A stretch of DNA of 64,000 nucleotides. Origin: Octopus bimaculoides (Eukaryota). Below are positions 50,046 through 61,490 of the stretch, piece after piece. The position numbers and the translations under genes are program-made. The notes below the pieces were generated by a model. The model saw nothing but the letters and a program-made list of their open reading frames with translations. It ran no database searches and was not told the origin of the DNA. Within the stretch, counting starts at the first letter, position 1. Each line of letters opens with the position of its first letter. The DNA lies in the NCBI RefSeq assembly GCF_001194135.2, contig NC_068990.1, forward strand, positions 28,896,028 to 28,960,027, read 5' to 3'.

Positions 50046-50654
50046 CTTCTTTTCTCTCTCATTTCTTATTTTCTTTTTTAGTAGATGCAAATTCTATTTT
50101 CTACACCTTCGAATAATTTGCATTTATCCCTTTTTACATACATTCTATTCGTTGTTTTTGTTTTGTGTTTCAGTCAATTTTATTCAGTTGAACTGTTTTC
50201 TGGCATTCCCATCAGATTGAATGATGGAGTAGAAAATATGCATTTATAAATATTTCATCATTATCTTTCATATTAAATTCACACAAAAATATAATAAAAT
50301 ATAGTAAAATAACAGAAAAGAGCCAAAGATCTTTATTTATCCTCCCCTCCTCTACATAGATGCAACTGAATTAACTAAATTTTTATTCTCATTCCCTTTG
50401 AATATTCTATATTTTCTACTGCACCAGAATCAAACGAACTAAATATTGAGAAAACAAAAATCACATCAGAAGCATAACAGTAATGACTATGGTTTAAACC
50501 CTTCGAGATTTGAAATCAAAACGTAATGAGTTCTTTAATTATTTTTTTGGGGTCCTAACACTCATACGGACGGTTTCCTCATTTCCATGACCAATTACTG
50601 TCCAAGATCACAACTTGTCTCTGAACGGGACGCAGGTCCGATGCGGGGTTCTAA

Positions 50655-50856
50655 GTCATTAGTTTTGAAGGGGGAGGTGGGGGAAAGACAACCACATTGA
50701 CCACAGAACAGAACGTGTACTTCATTCTATCGACTATAGATGGGTTGAAAGGCAAAGCTGAACTCGAGGGGATTTGAACTGAGAATGAAGAGTCGAAACA
50801 AATGCCAGTAAGCGCCTTATCGGACGTTGCCAATGATCCTGCCAGCTCGCACCCTC
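50655..50856 (-). mobile_element. SINE family A, degenerate
   Basis: TGAAAGGCAAAG...GGATTTGAACTGAGAA...CTGCCAGCTCGC. Confidence 0.75.
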
Positions 50857-51437
50857 CCGTACTAAATACTATTACTTTAAAAAAAATGCGTTTTCAATTT
50901 CGACGGGTTTTACTCACTATCTTTCATGCAATAGCTGTCTAGGTTAGTAAAGTAGCGGATGATTTCTCTTGCAGTAATTCTTTCGGCTTTTCCTTACTTA
51001 GTGTGGTCCTCTCTGACAACCCGATTCAAAGCCACCACATACATGTATGTGGGGGAAGGGAGTTGCAAAGACTCATAGAACATGTATAAATCTACATTTC
51101 ACGACTATGAAACATTATCAGTAATGCCTTGAGCAATTTCTTAGAATTTCTTACAACGCCAATCCCAAATGTTCTGTGGAATTTTCCTGAGATTTCTTTT
51201 TATATTTCAGGTTCAATCCACGCTGACATCTAATTGATAAAATTGAAATAATTTTCAATCCGATAATGCGGTTTGATATAATCGATTCTACCTCACACAC
51301 CTTAAAAAATGTATTCTTGTGCCTCGGTAAAAAGTTAGAGTTGCCCCGTGTCCTAAAACTCAAGGGGTCAGTTTTCCCGTTTTCATGCATGACAGAGATC
51401 CCAACATTGTCCATGAACGTGATGCCAGTCCGTCGCA

Positions 51438-51557
51438 GAGAAGCGTGAAATGAAATATTTTGCTCAAGAACATTATGTCCCACCTGGTCCGGCAATTGAA
51501 ACCAAGAACGTGTGATCGTGAGTGCAACAGCCTAACCACAACGCCATGCACCTTCAC
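51438..51557 (-). mobile_element. SINE family D head fragment
   Basis: GCGTGAAATGAAATATTTTGCTCAAGAACA...CCTAACCACAACGCCATGCACCTTCAC, homologous to the heads at 25561 and 41878. Confidence 0.7.
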
Positions 51558-51799
51558 TGAGCCTCGGAAAGAAGTCAATATTCGTGAAATATGAATTCAA
51601 CCGGTGCAAATATGGTCTTGATGTCACATAAGTGGCTGAAACAGGTTATGTGGAATTTCGCTAGATCCTAATCCAAAAGCCCCTTTAATCTGCTTTCATT
51701 TTCATGTTATCTTTAATCTTTTACTGTTTCCTGTAATCGGTCATTAGACTGTGACCACGCTGGAACACCGCTTTGGAAAATTTTTAGTTGAACGAATCT

Positions 51800-54090
51800 C
51801 CTGCAGTAAGTTTCTGCATCAAAACCACCATCTCTTGAGAGTGTACTTCCTGGGTAAACAAAAGTGTCAACGACTTCTAACCGTGTTCCATTCACAAAAA
51901 TCTTTGGTTCAGAATATATTTGTCCTGGCACGGGAGTAAACATTACTTCGATTTTCCCTAAACTAATTGTGAGTCAGAAATGTACACATGCAGTGGAAAA
52001 TCTGTTCATTAAATGTTGCATATCCCCCTCTAAATATGCCAACAAATCAGCATCATCAGCATAAAGTAATTCTCTTTCAAGTATTTTGAAAGTCTTTGCT
52101 TTGCATTTAAACCGGGTCAAATTAAAAATACGATCAGATGTCCGAAATCTGATTCGGGTTTCTATGTTGCAATCCTTGAAAGCATACCGAATAATGCAGC
52201 AAAATAAATAGAGAAAAGCGTTAGGGCAGGAATATTTCCTTGTTTGACACCGTTGTCCAACGAAAATTCAAAAGACAGCTCACCATTAAAGACTACCTGA
52301 GCTTTCATGTTTCTGTGTAGTTCCTTAAAGATGCTCACAAAATGTGTTGGACAACCAAGTTTACACCACGTTTATCATGTCAAATGCCTTACTTAAATCT
52401 ATGAAGACCTGATATAGTGGCATTTGTTCCTCTAAGCATTTCTCCTGAACCTGCCTCACAGAAAATATCATATCCATTGTTGTTCGTTTAAGTCTGAAAC
52501 CACACTGTTCTTCGGGAATCACATGTGGACACACATTCTCAACGGGACGATTTAACATGATCCTTGAAAGTATCTTCCAGGTATGTGCCAGAAGAGTTAT
52601 CCCTCTAGAATTACCACACAGCTTTTGGGCCCTTACCCTTGTATACAGAGATTAGAATGCCATGTATCCATTCTTGTAGCACAGAAGATTCATATAAACT
52701 CTCGAGTTATCAGGCTATGAATTGCAGATGAAATATGGTCTCCACCTGCTTTCAGAATTTCAACTGGAATACCATCCAATCCAGGAGCTTTACCTGATCT
52801 CAGTTTACATAATGCCAGATTTACTTCTTCAATGGAAGGTGTATCATTCATGTGTTGCAGTATCTCTCTTTGCTGAATGTTGTTTATGATATCCATGTTC
52901 ATTACAGAGGGACTGTGGCAAAGATCTGCAGAGTGTTCTCTCCATCTATTTATTATTCCAGGAGGGTCCTTTATAACCTCATTTTCATCTTTTGACTCCA
53001 AGAGAACATATGATAATGAAGATTGCGGTCCAAAAGCTCGCCGAAATAAACTATAGAATCGTTTAATGTCTTTCCACTCATAGGCTGCCTCTACCTCATC
53101 AGACGAATTTCTCCACCAAATATCTCTAAGCCTCCTGAGTTCTTTTTGCAAGTCTGCTTTCTGAGACTTGTACAACTTTTCTAGTTGCACTTTGTTCTTA
53201 ACGTTTGGGTCAAGAAGCTTTTCATGAGTGGACGTCTTTGTTGCTAAAAGCTTATTTATCACTGTATCATTGGAATCAAACCAGTCTCGGTGCTCTCTCA
53301 TCTTAAAACCTAACACTTTTGATCCCATTTTATATATTCCATCCCGGAAAGATTGCCATGAACCTTCAAAATGAATATTGCTGCATCTCTTCTGAAACAA
53401 CTGCAAAACTTGTGGTTGTTTCAGTTGCTCTGCATCAATTTCCTTTGGTACTCGTACACCTGCACTAGGAATCTTCTTACGGACCCTGAACTTGAACTTG
53501 GGCCTAACCATTTTGTGATCAGTATCACAATCAGCACCTCGCAATATTCTGAGATTGCATAAATCTTGTATGTCACCTTTCCGAGTTGATACAAAATCAA
53601 TCATGTGACATTGCTTTGATCTTGGTAACTTTATGTTTCATCTTATGATGAAATAAAGTATTACCAACAATCAACCCTAAGTTAGAGCACATTTGTAGCA
53701 GATGCAATCCATTTTTGATCACCTTTCCTATTCCATAACGCCCAAGTCCATTGCATGCACCATAGTCTCTACCAAGTCGTGCATTAAAGTCATCCTAGCT
53801 CAACCAACTTCTCATTCAAAGGGAGTGATAGAATACTTCTTCTAAGCTCCTCATAAAATGCATGGATTTTAGTTGAAAATGTAGGAGCATAAATAGAGAA
53901 AACAGTTACAAAACGTTCACAAGAAAGAGGGAACAAGAGTTTCATTATGCATGTCTTTATGTTTTGTGGTTCTTCTAGGTCTTTTAGCAAATCACTTCTA
54001 ATTGCAAACCCAACACCACCTTCCATTTTCTCTCCCTTCGGTTTTCAAGCCCAGAATAATGTGAAACCTGCTGCTCTTTCGACAGGATGT
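51800..54090 (-). mobile_element. RTE-clade LINE (APE endonuclease plus reverse transcriptase), multiply frameshifted
   Basis: Endonuclease GVGFAIRSDL..SIYAPT and GADCDTDH; KAPGLDGIPVEILKAGG; IPEEQCGFR..RTTMDMIFSVRQVQEKCLE..LYQVFIDLSKAFD; GVKQG; ERELLYADDADL (YADD at 52052-52063); LEVVDTFVYPGSTLSRDG. The 3' end is cut by a SINE B fragment at about 51715-51800. Confidence 0.97.
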
Positions 54091-54254
54091 ATATAAATTT
54101 AAATAATAAGGGTGAAAAATTGAATATTAATTTGATTAATATCAATTTAAAATCAGTGGCCTAGCATATTGAAAAGTCTGAAGATTCAAAAAAATTATAT
54201 TACATACATATAACACGTCTTTCTTATATGTATTTAATATATATATATGTATAT

Positions 54255-54422
54255 ATATATACGACGGTCATTCATTTTCTGTCTACTAAATTTACTCAAA
54301 GGCTTTTCGTCGACCCGAGGGCTTAGTGGAAAATATTTACCGAAGGTGCCACGCAGTGGAACTGAACCCAGAACCACGCGGTTGTGAAGCAAGCGTCTTA
54401 CCGCACAGCCACGCTTGCATCT
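54255..54422 (-). mobile_element. SINE family B, 5' portion
   Basis: AAGGTGCCACGCAGTGGAACTGAACCCAGAACCAC...TTACCGCACAGCCACGC. Confidence 0.85.
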
Positions 54423-55309
54423 GGTTGAGGATATTTCTGAATCTCAACCTTTTGACGGGAAGTCAATTGTCTTCTCGTGAATTCTCTTTCTTCCATTCTG
54501 TTCTGTAATTTAGCCATTGTTAAAAAGAAACAACGACAGACATCGACAAAAAAGAACGTTCTACTCTAGGGAAAAAGGAAAACAACTAACAAAAATAACA
54601 TGAAGATAGATAAGTTTGATATCAAGAAGACGTTCATTTAAACTTAACGTCGCTTTGGGAAAACAAATATAAGCTATAAAATGAAAGAAACGCGTAAGAA
54701 GAAAAGATAGAAGCAAAGAAAGAAAGTAAGCAGGAAAGAAAGAAGGAAAGACGTTAAGAGAGCAATGACAAAGAAAGTGGGATAAAAAGATATCCGTCGT
54801 TCTTATTATAAGCTAATTTTAATTGATGATCTGTTGTTTACAAACTCTCTGGAAATGTGTGGTCGTTTGCTGTATACATGTCTGTTAAGTTTCCTATTAT
54901 GTTGTATGTATAGTTTTATCTTTGCTGTATATATTATATACTTGGCCATTGATCAATCACATGAATGGATAAATAAATATAAGAATAATTATATAAATAA
55001 AGGGAAAAAAATGAAATAAATATCTATAGAGCTATTTAGAAATCTGGAATTATCAAAAAAAAATGGCGCCCGAACATGTGTAAATGTGAGGTTTCATTTC
55101 CGGTATTTCTGGTAGGTTATTTCATTCGCCATCTTTAACATCGGAAACAGCTATGTGGATTAATGACAGAAATCCGGCGTATGTAGATTTATGTATAGAG
55201 GGAAATATATCCGGTTTATAGAGAGAAATAAATGTTGATACCTGTGTTTGATACCCTTAAAGCGACTTGGTGAATAGAAATATTTCATGAATATGTTTTC
55301 AGCCCCGGT

Positions 55310-55346
55310 TTACTGCTACTACTACCACTACAAGTAATAATAATGA

Positions 55347-55377
<31 letters not shown>

Positions 55378-55518
55378 AAGAAGAAGAAGAAGAAGAAGAA
55401 GAACAACAACAACAACAACAACAACAAGAAAAAGAACAAGAAGAACAACAACAACAACGAGGAGAAGAAGAACAAGAACAAGAAGAACAACAACAACGAG
55501 GAGAAGAAGAACAAGACC

Positions 55519-55552
<34 letters not shown>

Positions 55553-55800
55553 GCAACAACAACAACAGCAACAACAACAACAGCAACAACAACAACAGCA
55601 ACAACTAGAAGAAATAGAAGAAGAAGAAGAAGAAGAAGAAGAAGAAGAAGAACGACGACGACGACGAGAAGAAGAAGAACAAGAACAACAACAACGAGGA
55701 GGAGGAAGAGAAGAAGAAGAAGAAGAAGAAGAAGAAGAAGAAGAAGAAGAAGAAGAAGAAGAAGAAGAAGAAGAATCGTGATGAAGAAGAAGAATCGTGA
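55310..55800. repeat. Compound trinucleotide microsatellite (AAG/AAC/ACG/AGG)
   Basis: Directly visible; source of the poly-L/R/T/S/C ORFs. Confidence 0.97.
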
Positions 55801-56169
55801 TGGAAATGAATTCATATATTTGCCACAGGGGCATCGTTTGAAAGCAACATTACAAGGACAGTTTGCAATTTATGGTGGGGTTTACATGAAGATGAGGTGA
55901 AAGAATAGAATGAGATAGCTTATGAAGTAAGCACGTGAATGATGCTATCGTCCTGACACAAGATAACTTTCAACTGGGGCCAATCAAGGAACCCCACAGA
56001 TCTAGAAACACTCTGACCGCCAAAAGACACGTCTCCTCGCCCAAATGTTGCTCTCGAATCTACAGACGCAAGCTTAGAATCGGTTTATTCACACAACATA
56101 TTTTTGTCTCGGCCACCCAGCGAAATTACACTTTTTCCTCCAACCTCATTTTACTTCCCAAGTTGAAAT

Positions 56170-56418
56170 TTAATCCCTTAGAATTCAAATTTAATCCCTT
56201 AATCCCTCAGCACTCTGTCTAATGGAATGTTTATTGATTCACATTGATTTGAATTAATCATAGAATTATCTCACAGCTTTGATATTTCTATATTATGGCT
56301 GTTTATGTTCAGAATGACATTTTAGGGTAGGTATGAGAGGATGGATCCCAGCAGTTTGAATATAAAATAGGTAGAATACTTGGCCCGATATAACCGGTTT
56401 AAATGCTAAGGGGGTTAA
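56170..56418. mobile_element. piggyBac-type MITE (TTAA...AATGCTAAGGGGG-TTAA)
   Basis: The left end TTAATCCCTTAGAATT is an imperfect inverse of the right end AATGCTAAGGGGGTTAA; the left terminus is locally duplicated. Confidence 0.65.
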
Positions 56419-56922
56419 GAAGTCAATAAGGGCTTCACCAAAGGCTTCTATGGTGGTGTATTAACATCAGGAAATACCCGCTCACTGTCTGTATTTGATT
56501 GTCCAAGTCAAATTAATTTACGAATCACCTTCTTAATATTTAATGCTAAGATGCTCAGTCTTGCTTACAATTACAACTCATGTATTGGGATTTTAACTCC
56601 AGTGCATATGATGCCAAGCTGTAAATTTTATTAAACCATTGTATGTGGCATATTACATACACTATTTATATACTGACTATATATTCTTATATTTGACTGA
56701 CTAGATCACCACGTGTTTCTGATAATTTAGTTGATACTGCGTTTGGGTAATATCAGCTTTTACGAAAATCATTTATCCATACACACACTAATTTTGTGAG
56801 TATATTTCCTAAAGTAATCTATTTGTAGTTTATAGATTTCATACTTAATATATTTCCCTGACGGAAGTTTAATGATACATTGTCTATATAACTGCTATTA
56901 CCAAGACGTATATATATAAAAC

Positions 56923-57175
56923 ATAGAAACATTATTATTTATAATTCTCTTAAAAAGAGATATTCAGTAACCGTTCTTTAAAGTAAAGGCTATTAGCCAA
57001 CATAATGTGGCTGTCCTGGAAGGGACTTTTGTTAGTGTTGTTAAGCCCCAGGAAACAACGGTGTTGCATGGGGTTAAACAACAGTACCAATCATCCCTTC
57101 CAGGACAGGCACATTATGTTGGCTCGGTTACTGAATATCTCTTTTTAAGACAATTATAAATAATAATGTTTCTAT
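56923..57175. mobile_element. Foldback/MITE with about 110-bp arms
   Basis: ATAGAAACATTATTATTTATAATTCTCTTAAAAAGAGATATTCAGTAACCG...AGCCAACATAATGTGGCTGTCCTGGAAGGGA is mirrored at 57085-57175; the left arm has an extra about 21 bp. Confidence 0.85.
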
Positions 57176-57714
57176 TTTATTAGATTAATGACTGTGTCAC
57201 TTTGAAAACCATATATTTTCGAACGGTGAATTCAGCAACGTCACCTAGCCAAGCAGCTACCTTCTGTCGACAAAGGACAATAACCCAGAAACCGGTCCAC
57301 AGATGTTGCTTTGTGCTGGATGGGAGAACTGGACTCCCTGTTCGAAAATATAAGGACGCAGATATTGTGTTATGCAGCCAACAGGAAACAGTGTTTACTG
57401 GGGCTCAAACAAAAATAACAATCGTCCTCCAGGGCAGCCACATTACGTTGGCAAATAGCCTTTACATTATATATATATATATATATTTGGTTTGAGAATT
57501 TTATTTATATTTGTATCAGAATATGCAACGTGTTTCAATCGCTTGAAAAGAAAATTTAGTCTTGTTGAAATAAAAAAGAAAATTCATTGAAAAAAATGAA
57601 AATAAATTAATTGTTCATGATATCAGCTCCAAAGGTTCCATATATGTATGTATTTATATATAAACACACAGACACATTCACATACACACACACACATAGA
57701 AATATACATATAGG

Positions 57715-57954
57715 CGAGCAAGGCGGCCAGCTGGCAGAAACGTTAGCACGTCAGGCGAAATACTTAGCGGTATTTCGTCTGCCGTTACGTTCTGAGTTCA
57801 AACTCCGCTGGAGTCGACTTCGCCTTTCATCCCTTCGGGGTCTATTAAATAAGTACCAGTTACGCACTGGTGTCGATTTAATCGGCTTAATCCCTTTGTC
57901 TGTCCTTGTTTGTCCCCTCTGTGTTTAGCCCCTTATGGGCAATAAAGAAATAAG

Positions 57955-57957
<3 letters not shown>
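57715..57957 (+). mobile_element. Young SINE family A
   Basis: Close to the 30445 and 38123 copies, including the GTCTGTCCTTGTTTGTCCCCTCTGTGTTTAGCCCC tail. Confidence 0.95.
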
Positions 57958-57991
<34 letters not shown>

Positions 57992-59599
57992 GTCTGGAAA
58001 AAATTCCTGTCATAGTTTACTGATAATAGTTGGAGCTTCCGTTCCATAAAACAATTGAGTATAACACAAGAAAATAATGATTGATGCCACTCTGTGAGTG
58101 ATACCCTGCTAAACATAACTACTACATTACTCATAATTCACACACTATCATATTATAAAATATAACCCTATGTAGAATTAATGAACTCATAAGAGCTCAT
58201 ACAGGTATAGAATAGACAAAGTTAAGCACGTAGAAGCATTTTCTCATACCTCGACAAGTCTACGCCTACATGCAGAGGGGCGGTAAACCTCGGGGGACGG
58301 TGGTCCTACATTTTCGCATTTATCTCTCTTCTAATTATTAATCTAATCCATCTGTAATATTCCTTCCATGCTTTTACTCTGATCTTGTTCTTCATTACTT
58401 CCCTCGACTGAAGATTATATTGGCTCCTTTTTGCCAATCAGAATTGCATACCCCTAGGAAATCAATACATTGAAACCTGCGATCTTTCTAATTGTTTAAG
58501 AGTGCGTTTCGTGTATAAATGTAGTTTGCTACTGTTGGTGTAGATTGAGATGTTTAATATAAAATGGCGAATTACTGTACTTCTATGCCATTTACATCCG
58601 GCTCCTGTCTTCTGTTACATATTGTTTAAAATTATAAGCGTCAATCGGATAGGTATGGTGAGGAGTAATCCACCTGAATTTCCTCCTCAAATATTGGTGG
58701 GATTCCTTTTTCATTTTTGTTTTTTTGGCAATTCTTCTTGTGTCTATACCTTGAGTGGAATCGTCTGCCATCATTCATCATATATTTTGTTTGCTTCTTA
58801 TAGTTTCTGCATCCAAGATACAAGTGTAAGGACTTCTGCAAATAGCATCGTCTGCTGTTCAATCCACAGGAAGCTCAAAACATTTTGCTACTATCTACAT
58901 TCGTCATCTAAGTCTTTATTTATCAACATTTAATGTCTTTACCGACACATCTCCCTTTGCTATGTTCCTTACTTTTGAAATCAGTTAGGGTTTTTCTTTC
59001 AGATTTTTGTATGTCTTCAGTAATTCAAACTTATTTTTATCGCAGTTAAAATTTTATAATCTATAAGATAGGTCATGCGTCTCTATGTTTTACTGTTTAA
59101 TGTTTCTTTAATCTCTCCGTGTATTTTCCCCAGGCAAGCTAGTTAAATATTCTCCCCGTTGTTTCAGTATTTTATTAACGCTTTCTAGTAACACCTTATC
59201 TGTGTCGGCCACAGAATTTTACATCTTATCATTTCCTTCTGCCCTCCAGTGATTGTTTCGTCGTATGTTTTTTTGTGTCTGGTTTATATTTTTTGTTCAT
59301 ATGGTCTCATTTCTTTCGTTTTTAAGCTATTTTATTTGTTGTTTTCAATTATTTCCTCCGACAGGGTTCCTTTGATGTTCATAGCCCGACCCGGAATTCT
59401 TCTCTCGTTAACGCTGCATTAATCTTTATTTCATTTTCACAGTGTTCTTAGTAAAATCGTTACGCGTTGACGCTAACCGTTTGTTTTGTTCAAAGATTCA
59501 TTGCTGTTTCGGATTTTCGTACCAGCAGAATATTTGTCGATGTGTTCTTTAATATTTGATTTCGAGTTGTCCCTTTTGCTAATTAACTAACAAAATATT

Positions 59600-59795
59600 A
59601 AGGCAGTTGACTGGAAGACTCGTTAGCACTCCCGGAAATATGCTTAGCGGCATTTCGCTTTTGAGTTCAAATACTGCCGAGGTCGACGTTTCCTTTCATC
59701 CTAGTTGGGCACAAGGATTGTTACATCGACTAACTCGCCCCCTACACACACACACACATATATAACTACTTTGGGCCTTGTACCTATAGCAGAAT
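59600..59795 (+). mobile_element. SINE family A, internally deleted
   Basis: CGTTAGCAC...ATGCTTAGCGGCATTTCG..GAGTTCAAATACTGCCGAGGTCGAC..CCTTTCATCC. Confidence 0.8.
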
Positions 59796-59851
59796 GGATA
59801 AATTAACTAAACTGTTATCCGTCATATGAAAAGTAACTTTTGAAAGTATAA

Positions 59852-60327
59852 CCTTGCTACCGTGGGTTTGTCGTGAGCCCCTTCGGTCATGAATGACAAT
59901 GGGATTGCATCTAGAATGTTACCCTCCGAGGCACAAGTCTGGGCAAGGTTGTTTATGGAAAGCCAGCAGTCACCCCATATATACAAGACTCCCCTCTCCA
60001 CGCCGCCGACGTTATCCAAGGGAAGGCAAAGGCCGATACAGCTTGGTACCAGTGACGTCGTAACTCTATTTACGTGCAAGTGGTTGAGCACTCCACAGAC
60101 GCGTGTACCCTTAACATAGTTCTCGGGGAGGTTCAGCGTGACACAGAGTGTGACAAGGCTGACTCCTTTGAAATACAAGTACAACAGAAACAGGAAGAAA
60201 GAGTGAGAGAAAGTTGTGGTGAAAGATTACAGCAGGGTTCACCCCCGTCCCTGCCGGAGCCTCGTGGAGCTTTATTTATTTTCGCTCAATAAACACTCAC
60301 AACGCCCGGTCTGGGAAACGAAACCCT
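59852..60327 (-). mobile_element. Chimeric SINE: family C head/body joined to a different 3' module
   Basis: 60065-60327 is the reverse complement of 35085-35330; identity stops after CCACTTGCACGT and an unrelated GC-richer tail occupies 59852-60065. Confidence 0.8.
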
Positions 60328-61099
60328 AACCCTAACTTTTATCAATTTTCTTGGAGTTTATTTAAAATGATAAAACGGGTACTAATTAACAAACAAAACA
60401 CCTATTTATTACCTTCAGATATAATGAAATAAAAGAAATTCCTGATTTGTATATTTGCATTTTATCAACATAATCATAATCTATTCCTTCAAAAATCAAT
60501 CTCTGCAAAATTTCTTTAAAAATGTCTATTTTGCAGAGATTTTTCATTGTTTGACACCACACCTCACATGTGCACACATCCTGCATCTCTTACGTTATAT
60601 ATATATACCCCTCTCTCTTTTCGTCTCCCTCCTCCTTCCTTTATTCCATGTAAAGTGTGATTGGAGTATCAACCAACGACAAACCCACCGATCAAATTTT
60701 ACATCGGTTATCTTTAAAGAGATATATTGTTCTTCTTCTATTAAATCTCTACAGAATGTATCACTCTTTTATATTCCAGTTGTATTTTATCCTTGACAAT
60801 GGATTTGAGAGGTTTTGATAAAAACGTTTCGATTTTCTCCTGCAGTCTAGAACACTACAGATTCCGCTTTGATTCTTGAACCTCTGACCTCTGTCTAAGC
60901 ATTTGTCACCTAAAGTTTTTCATTGCTCTCTTTCAACATACTATTTCGTTGTTCTATATTTAGTCTGCTTCAGATTTGAATCTGGTTAGCAAGATTCATT
61001 ATGTTAATTCCTGTGTTGAAGTTTATTTTTTTATGTCTAGGGTGAGTCATTATGTCAAAATTATTAACACACGCACTGGTTTAATTCCATTCCTTTATT

Positions 61100-61264
61100 A
61101 TTGGTCAGTTGTTAAATAGTAGGTAATCAAGTTGGTAAATAGATAGGTTCGTAGGTAGGTAGGTAGGTAGGTAGGTAGGTAGATATAGAAAGAAACAGTT
61201 AGAGAGAGAGAGAGGTAAGTAGGTAGATCAATAGAGAGAGAATGATAGATAGATAGGTAGGTAA

Positions 61265-61297
<33 letters not shown>

Positions 61298-61490
61298 GTG
61301 AGTGTGAGAGAGTGAAAGAGTGAGAGAATGAGAGAGATAGGTAGGTAGATAGATAGACAGATAGGTAGGTAGGTAGGTAGGTAGATAGATAGAAAGGTAG
61401 AGAGAGACACAGACAGAGCGATAGAATGAGTGAGAGAAATAGGCTGGTAGACAGATAGATAGATAGGTAGGTAGGTAGGTAGGTAGTCCG
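61100..61490. repeat. Compound (GGTA)/(GATA)/(GA) microsatellite
   Basis: Directly visible. Many further TA/CA/TACA/GATA tracts occur across the window (e.g. 3560-3975, 4360-4495, 5440-5845, 9220-9660, 17074-17237, 24490-24760, 33519-33580, 46130-46315). Confidence 0.95.

Noticed and set aside
928-50090. Long ORFs containing X runs or IY/CV/HT/LS dipeptide repeats
   Set aside because: They are translations of N gaps and TA/CA/TACA/GATA microsatellites.
48939-51290. Isolated strong splice-like sites (CAAG|GTAAGG near 48963, TTTCTTTTTATATTTCAG|G near 51212)
   Set aside because: They cannot be linked into a supported gene model, and such motifs are common in AT-rich DNA.
55285-55900. Poly-L/R/T/S/C ORFs
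   Set aside because: Compound trinucleotide microsatellite.
55950-56090. Proteasome-beta-like word VDSRAT.G on the minus strand
   Set aside because: Similarity does not extend beyond about 8 residues and the frame is bounded by stops.
57202-57495. ORF and a TSP1-like word (GWENWTPCSK) in another frame
   Set aside because: A stop follows immediately and the 3' half is homologous to the neighbouring foldback element.
58540-59500. A-rich decayed ORF on the minus strand (similar texture at 62200-62480)
   Set aside because: No diagnostic motif; the similarity between the two regions is too short to claim a family.
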